A DNA stretch of 64,000 bases from Sulfurospirillaceae bacterium (GTDB lineage Bacteria; Campylobacterota; Campylobacteria; Campylobacterales; Sulfurospirillaceae): assembly GCA_033723415.1 (NCBI GenBank), contig JAWVXD010000001.1:192001-256000 (forward strand), written 5' to 3'. The position numbers and the translations under genes were made by a program. This document shows, in pieces, positions 60,763-64,000 of this stretch. The notes under the pieces are model-generated. The model did not search any database, was not told the DNA's origin, and saw nothing but the letters and a program-made list of their open reading frames with translations. The first letter of the stretch is position 1. Every line of letters begins with the position of its first letter.

Positions 60763-60842
60763 GAGTTTATAACCTGTTCATTTCTTAGAGGATAAATCCT
60801 CCCGATGGTCTGAGCCTCACGAAATGAACAGGTTATAAACTC
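60763..60842. repeat. Perfect 22-bp inverted repeat with 36-nt spacer upstream of nikM/cbiM
   Basis: GAGTTTATAACCTGTTCATTTC / GAAATGAACAGGTTATAAACTC. Confidence 0.9.
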
Positions 60843-60860
60843 TCTTGGGAAAGGAAAAAC

Positions 60861-61502
60861 ATGCATATAGCAGACGGCTATCTCTCTCCTGTGACTGTTA
60901 TCTCTTCATTTGTCATAGCAGTACCTTTTTGGATTTATGCATTTAGAAAACTAAAAGCAAAGATGAACGAAGAGACGATTCCTGTTTTAGGAGCATTAAG
61001 TGCTTTGAGCTTTGTGATCATGATGTTCAACATCCCTATACCTGGTGGCACTAGCGGTCATGCAGTCGGTGCTGCACTTATCGCGATTATCATAGGTCCC
61101 TGGGTATCTTTTATCTCTATTTCTTTGGTCTTGCTGATCCAAGCAGTTGTCTTTGGAGACGGCGGGATTTCTGCTTTAGCCGTAAACTCTTTGAGCATGG
61201 GCTTAGTGGGTTCTTTTGCGGGTTATTATCTGTTTAAATGGTTGAAAAATTATAAATTTGCTCCTTTTTTAGCGGGATATCTGTCTTTATTGATGGCTTC
61301 TGTGATTGTTGCTTTTGTTTTGGGCATCCAGCCGATGTTTTGGACACATAACGGTATTTCATTGTACTTTCCCTTTGGATTGAAAGTAACGCTTCCTATG
61401 ATGATTGGCGGACATTTACTTTTTGGCATAGCAGAGGGAATCTTCACTCAAGTTGTCTATGCTCTTTTGAAAAATGAGAAAGAGTGCGCTTATGAAATCT
61501 AA
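60861..61502 (+). CDS. cbiM: Ni/Co ECF transporter substrate component (NikM/CbiM)
   Basis: MHIADGYL metal-binding N-terminus, GTSGH, QAVVFGDGG. Confidence 0.9.
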   Translation: MHIADGYLSPVTVISSFVIAVPFWIYAFRKLKAKMNEETIPVLGALSALSFVIMMFNIPIPGGTSGHAVGAALIAIIIGPWVSFISISLVLLIQAVVFGDGGISALAVNSLSMGLVGSFAGYYLFKWLKNYKFAPFLAGYLSLLMASVIVAFVLGIQPMFWTHNGISLYFPFGLKVTLPMMIGGHLLFGIAEGIFTQVVYALLKNEKECAYEI

Positions 61503-61791
61503 ACTTTATAAGATATTGGCTGTTTTTGTTTTACTGGTGCCGCTTGGATTACTCACAAGCAATCCTGCTTGGGGCGAATGGGAAAACGAATACTATATCA
61601 AGGTTCTAGGATATCTTCCAAAAGGTATGGCTGAAGCAAGCGCTATTAAACCTCTATTGCCTGATTATTCTGCACAAGGTGGCAATGAAATACTTTGGTA
61701 TTATATCAGCGCAGGGATCGGTATCTTGTTGATTTTCTTGATCATGTATGCTATATCAAAGGTCAGTAAAAAAAATGTTGTTAAATCTTAG
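61492..61791 (+). CDS. NikN-like (PDGLE-type) small membrane component
   Basis: LVPLGLL..AWGEW, LPDYS; two TMs. Confidence 0.75.
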   Translation: MKSKLYKILAVFVLLVPLGLLTSNPAWGEWENEYYIKVLGYLPKGMAEASAIKPLLPDYSAQGGNEILWYYISAGIGILLIFLIMYAISKVSKKNVVKS

Positions 61792-62311
61792 TTTTATTCT
61801 TGTCTTTTTTTTGTTGCTTTGGCTGAAGACACCGCTATATCTAGCTTTTTCAATACTTATTTTAAATGTGATATCTTTAAAAGACATTACAAGGTTAAAC
61901 AAAAGAGTTCTCAAATCCATATTTATCTTCAATCTCGGCGTGAGTATCGGTTATATCGTGATGGCATTGCTTAAAGATATAAATCCTTGGGGTTACATCA
62001 TCTATATCAATCTGAAAGTCTATGCTTTGACATTCTTCGTATTTTGGTTTTTTTCAAAAGTCAGTATTGTCGGTTTTTTCTCTTTTTCAAAAGACCTTAG
62101 CTATCTTTTAAGTATTTCTCTTTCACAAATATATTCTTATCGAAAGACTTTTGAAGACTTTAGACTTGCATATAAAGCAAGGTTCATAAAAAAATACAGA
62201 GAGAGAAAAACAGATTTTATCAGAGTGGTTTTTAGTTTTTTTCTAAAAAAATCTATGAGTGATTCAAAGGAGCGAGTTATGGCGATGCGCGCAAGGGGAT
62301 TTTTTGATTGA
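61775..62311 (+). CDS. ECF transmembrane component (NikQ/CbiQ-like)
   Basis: Hydrophobic; AYKAR and AMRARGF coupling motifs. Confidence 0.75.
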   Translation: MLLNLSFILVFFLLLWLKTPLYLAFSILILNVISLKDITRLNKRVLKSIFIFNLGVSIGYIVMALLKDINPWGYIIYINLKVYALTFFVFWFFSKVSIVGFFSFSKDLSYLLSISLSQIYSYRKTFEDFRLAYKARFIKKYRERKTDFIRVVFSFFLKKSMSDSKERVMAMRARGFFD

Positions 62312-63071
62312 TCTAGAAAACGTAAGTTTTAAATATGAGGATCAAATAGCACTGGATTGTATTGATCTAACAATCGTTGAAAACGAAAAAATCGTTCTAT
62401 TAGGCAATAACGGCAGCGGTAAATCGACACTTTTGAGACTTTTAGCCGGGTTGTATTTTCCTGATAAGGGAACGTACCTTTTTGAAAAAGAGTCTGTTAT
62501 AAAGAAAAATGTGGGCAAAAATTTTAGGAAAAAAGTCGGTGTTCTGTTTCAAAACCCCGAAAGCATGATCTTTAATCCAACCGTTTATGATGAGATCGCT
62601 TTTTCTCTTCGCGAGTTTGATTTTGACAATATCGAAGAGCGAGTGAATCAAATCGCAAAAGAGTTTGGCATCACGCAGCATCTTAAAAAATCGCCCTTAA
62701 GTTTGAGCGGCGGTGAAAAACAAAAGGTCATGTTGGCTTCAATATTGGTGTATGAGCCACAACTTTTACTCTTAGACGAACCCACAGCTGCGATGGATCC
62801 AAGTTCTTCCGGCTGGTTTGTAGATTTTATGATAGATGTGCAAAAGACGGTTGTTTTGGCAACTCATGATCTAAGCCATGCTTATGAGATGAGTAACCGC
62901 GCTGTCGTTATAAACGAAGAACATAAAAAGATATATGACGGAAATATCGATAATTTGTTTGATGATCTTGATTTGTTACAGCGAGCAAATCTGATCCACA
63001 AGCATAAAGTCAAGAAAAATATCTATAATACAAAATACCATTTGCATTTTAAAGGAGAAGGACATGTGTAA
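62304..63071 (+). CDS. ECF ABC ATPase (NikO/CbiO)
   Basis: GNNGSGKS, LFQNPE, LSGGEKQK, LDEPT, ATHD; TTG start after AAGGGG. Confidence 0.88.
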   Translation: MIDLENVSFKYEDQIALDCIDLTIVENEKIVLLGNNGSGKSTLLRLLAGLYFPDKGTYLFEKESVIKKNVGKNFRKKVGVLFQNPESMIFNPTVYDEIAFSLREFDFDNIEERVNQIAKEFGITQHLKKSPLSLSGGEKQKVMLASILVYEPQLLLLDEPTAAMDPSSSGWFVDFMIDVQKTVVLATHDLSHAYEMSNRAVVINEEHKKIYDGNIDNLFDDLDLLQRANLIHKHKVKKNIYNTKYHLHFKGEGHV

Positions 63072-63831
63072 AGATTGCGGTTGCTCTATCACGGATAGCG
63101 CACACGAACACGAACATCACGGGAGTAGTCATGAACACCGACATGCCCATCAACATCTACATGACAACCCACAATTAAATGACAAAAAAACAGTTGAAGT
63201 TATCACAAAGATCTTGGATAAAAACGATCAAGAAGCAGAACATAACAGAGAGCATTTTGAGGCTCACAATGTTTTGTGCATCAATCTCATGAGCTCCCCG
63301 GGAAGTGGCAAAACTACCTTATTGGAAGCTCTAGGTGACGTTGCCGATTTTAAATTTTGTGTGGTAGAAGGTGATTTAGAAACGAACAAAGACGCCGATA
63401 GACTTAAAGCAAAAGGCATCGCTGCACACCAAATACAAACAGGCTCCGCTTGCCATTTAGATGCTTTTATGGTTCATAAAGCACTGCATCATGTTGATAT
63501 GGACAACATAGATGTCTGTTTCATAGAAAATGTCGGAAATCTAGTATGTCCTGCAAGCTATGATGTCGGAAGTCACTTAAACATAGTACTTGTTTCTGTG
63601 CCGGAGGGAGAAGACAAGATCGCAAAGTATCCGGTTATGTTCCGAAAAGCCGATTTGATCCTTTTTACGAAAACCGATCTTTTGCCTTATTTTGAGTATG
63701 ATCTAGAGAGTGAAAAAAGCGTTGCAAGAAAGCTGAAACCAAATGTTGATATCTTAGAAGTCAGTACAAAAGATCCAAAAAGCATCAAAAGAGTTGCCGA
63801 TTGGATCAAGTTCAAAAAAGAGGTGAGATAG
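63064..63831 (+). CDS. hypB: Hydrogenase nickel incorporation GTPase HypB
   Basis: MCKDCGC, His-rich linker, SSPGSGKT, CHLDA, ENVGNLVCP, TKTD. Confidence 0.96.
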   Translation: MCKDCGCSITDSAHEHEHHGSSHEHRHAHQHLHDNPQLNDKKTVEVITKILDKNDQEAEHNREHFEAHNVLCINLMSSPGSGKTTLLEALGDVADFKFCVVEGDLETNKDADRLKAKGIAAHQIQTGSACHLDAFMVHKALHHVDMDNIDVCFIENVGNLVCPASYDVGSHLNIVLVSVPEGEDKIAKYPVMFRKADLILFTKTDLLPYFEYDLESEKSVARKLKPNVDILEVSTKDPKSIKRVADWIKFKKEVR

Positions 63832-64000
63832 ATGTGTCTTTCAATACCGAGCAAAGTGATAGAGATCGATGAAAACAATATGGCTATCGTCGATACGATG
63901 GGGGTCAAACGTTCCGTGACTTTGGATTTGATCGATGAAAAAGTCAATGTTGGGGATTTTGTTTTGATACATGTCGGATTTGCGATGAATAAGATCAGCC
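63832..64000 (+). CDS. hypC: Hydrogenase maturation chaperone HypC (partial, runs off the window)
   Basis: MCLSIPSKV...VGDFVLIHVGFAM; GAGG SD. Confidence 0.92.
   Translation, partial: MCLSIPSKVIEIDENNMAIVDTMGVKRSVTLDLIDEKVNVGDFVLIHVGFAMNKIS

Noticed and set aside
63100..63165. CAC/GAA-rich repetitive stretch
   Set aside because: Encodes the known His-rich linker of HypB.
281..63947. Numerous 60-260 aa ORFs antisense to or nested in recognised genes (e.g. 3659-4435, 16217-16633, 21683-22123, 60309-60665)
   Set aside because: Shadow frames of well-supported genes; no motifs or convincing SD.
1..64000. tRNA, rRNA, CRISPR array, prophage, long poly-G phase-variation tracts
   Set aside because: None seen; intergenic gaps are short and lack cloverleaf or repeat-spacer structure (visual inspection only).

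Overview
AT-rich, gene-dense chromosomal segment of a Campylobacterota (epsilon-proteobacterial) bacterium. Gene order and protein signatures suggest a free-living Sulfurospirillum-like organism (inference). Bases 1-40 kb are mostly core genome: hobA(end)-holB-folP-TSUP-ligA-tlyA-ribF-cmoA, a K+ channel locus, flhA, rpsO, hrcA-grpE-dnaK, dsbD, flgH, a Cts/MSHA-like type II/IV pilus-competence cluster, era-hslUV-rplI-argG and trpD-tsaE-lptB-rpoN. Bases 40-56 kb look accessory: PepSY protein, OmpR-type two-component system, COG4705 membrane protein and L,D-transpeptidase, then a diguanylate cyclase and metY-Rrf2-cysK, then a PAP2/DedA/fused glycosyltransferase/DedA-LssY/fatty-acid hydroxylase/MFS envelope-lipid cluster. 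Three promoters in this region share an identical TTTCA-N6-TTTCA-N11-(-10) architecture, defining a candidate regulon. Bases 56-64 kb hold hydrogenase maturation genes (hypF...hypB, hypC), a Ni/Co ECF transporter preceded by a perfect 22-bp inverted repeat, and a divergent IS1016/IS1595-like transposase homolog that appears to lack catalytic residues (candidate domesticated regulator). I saw no rRNA, tRNA or CRISPR array. All calls come from reading the sequence and recognising motifs; no database searches were run.
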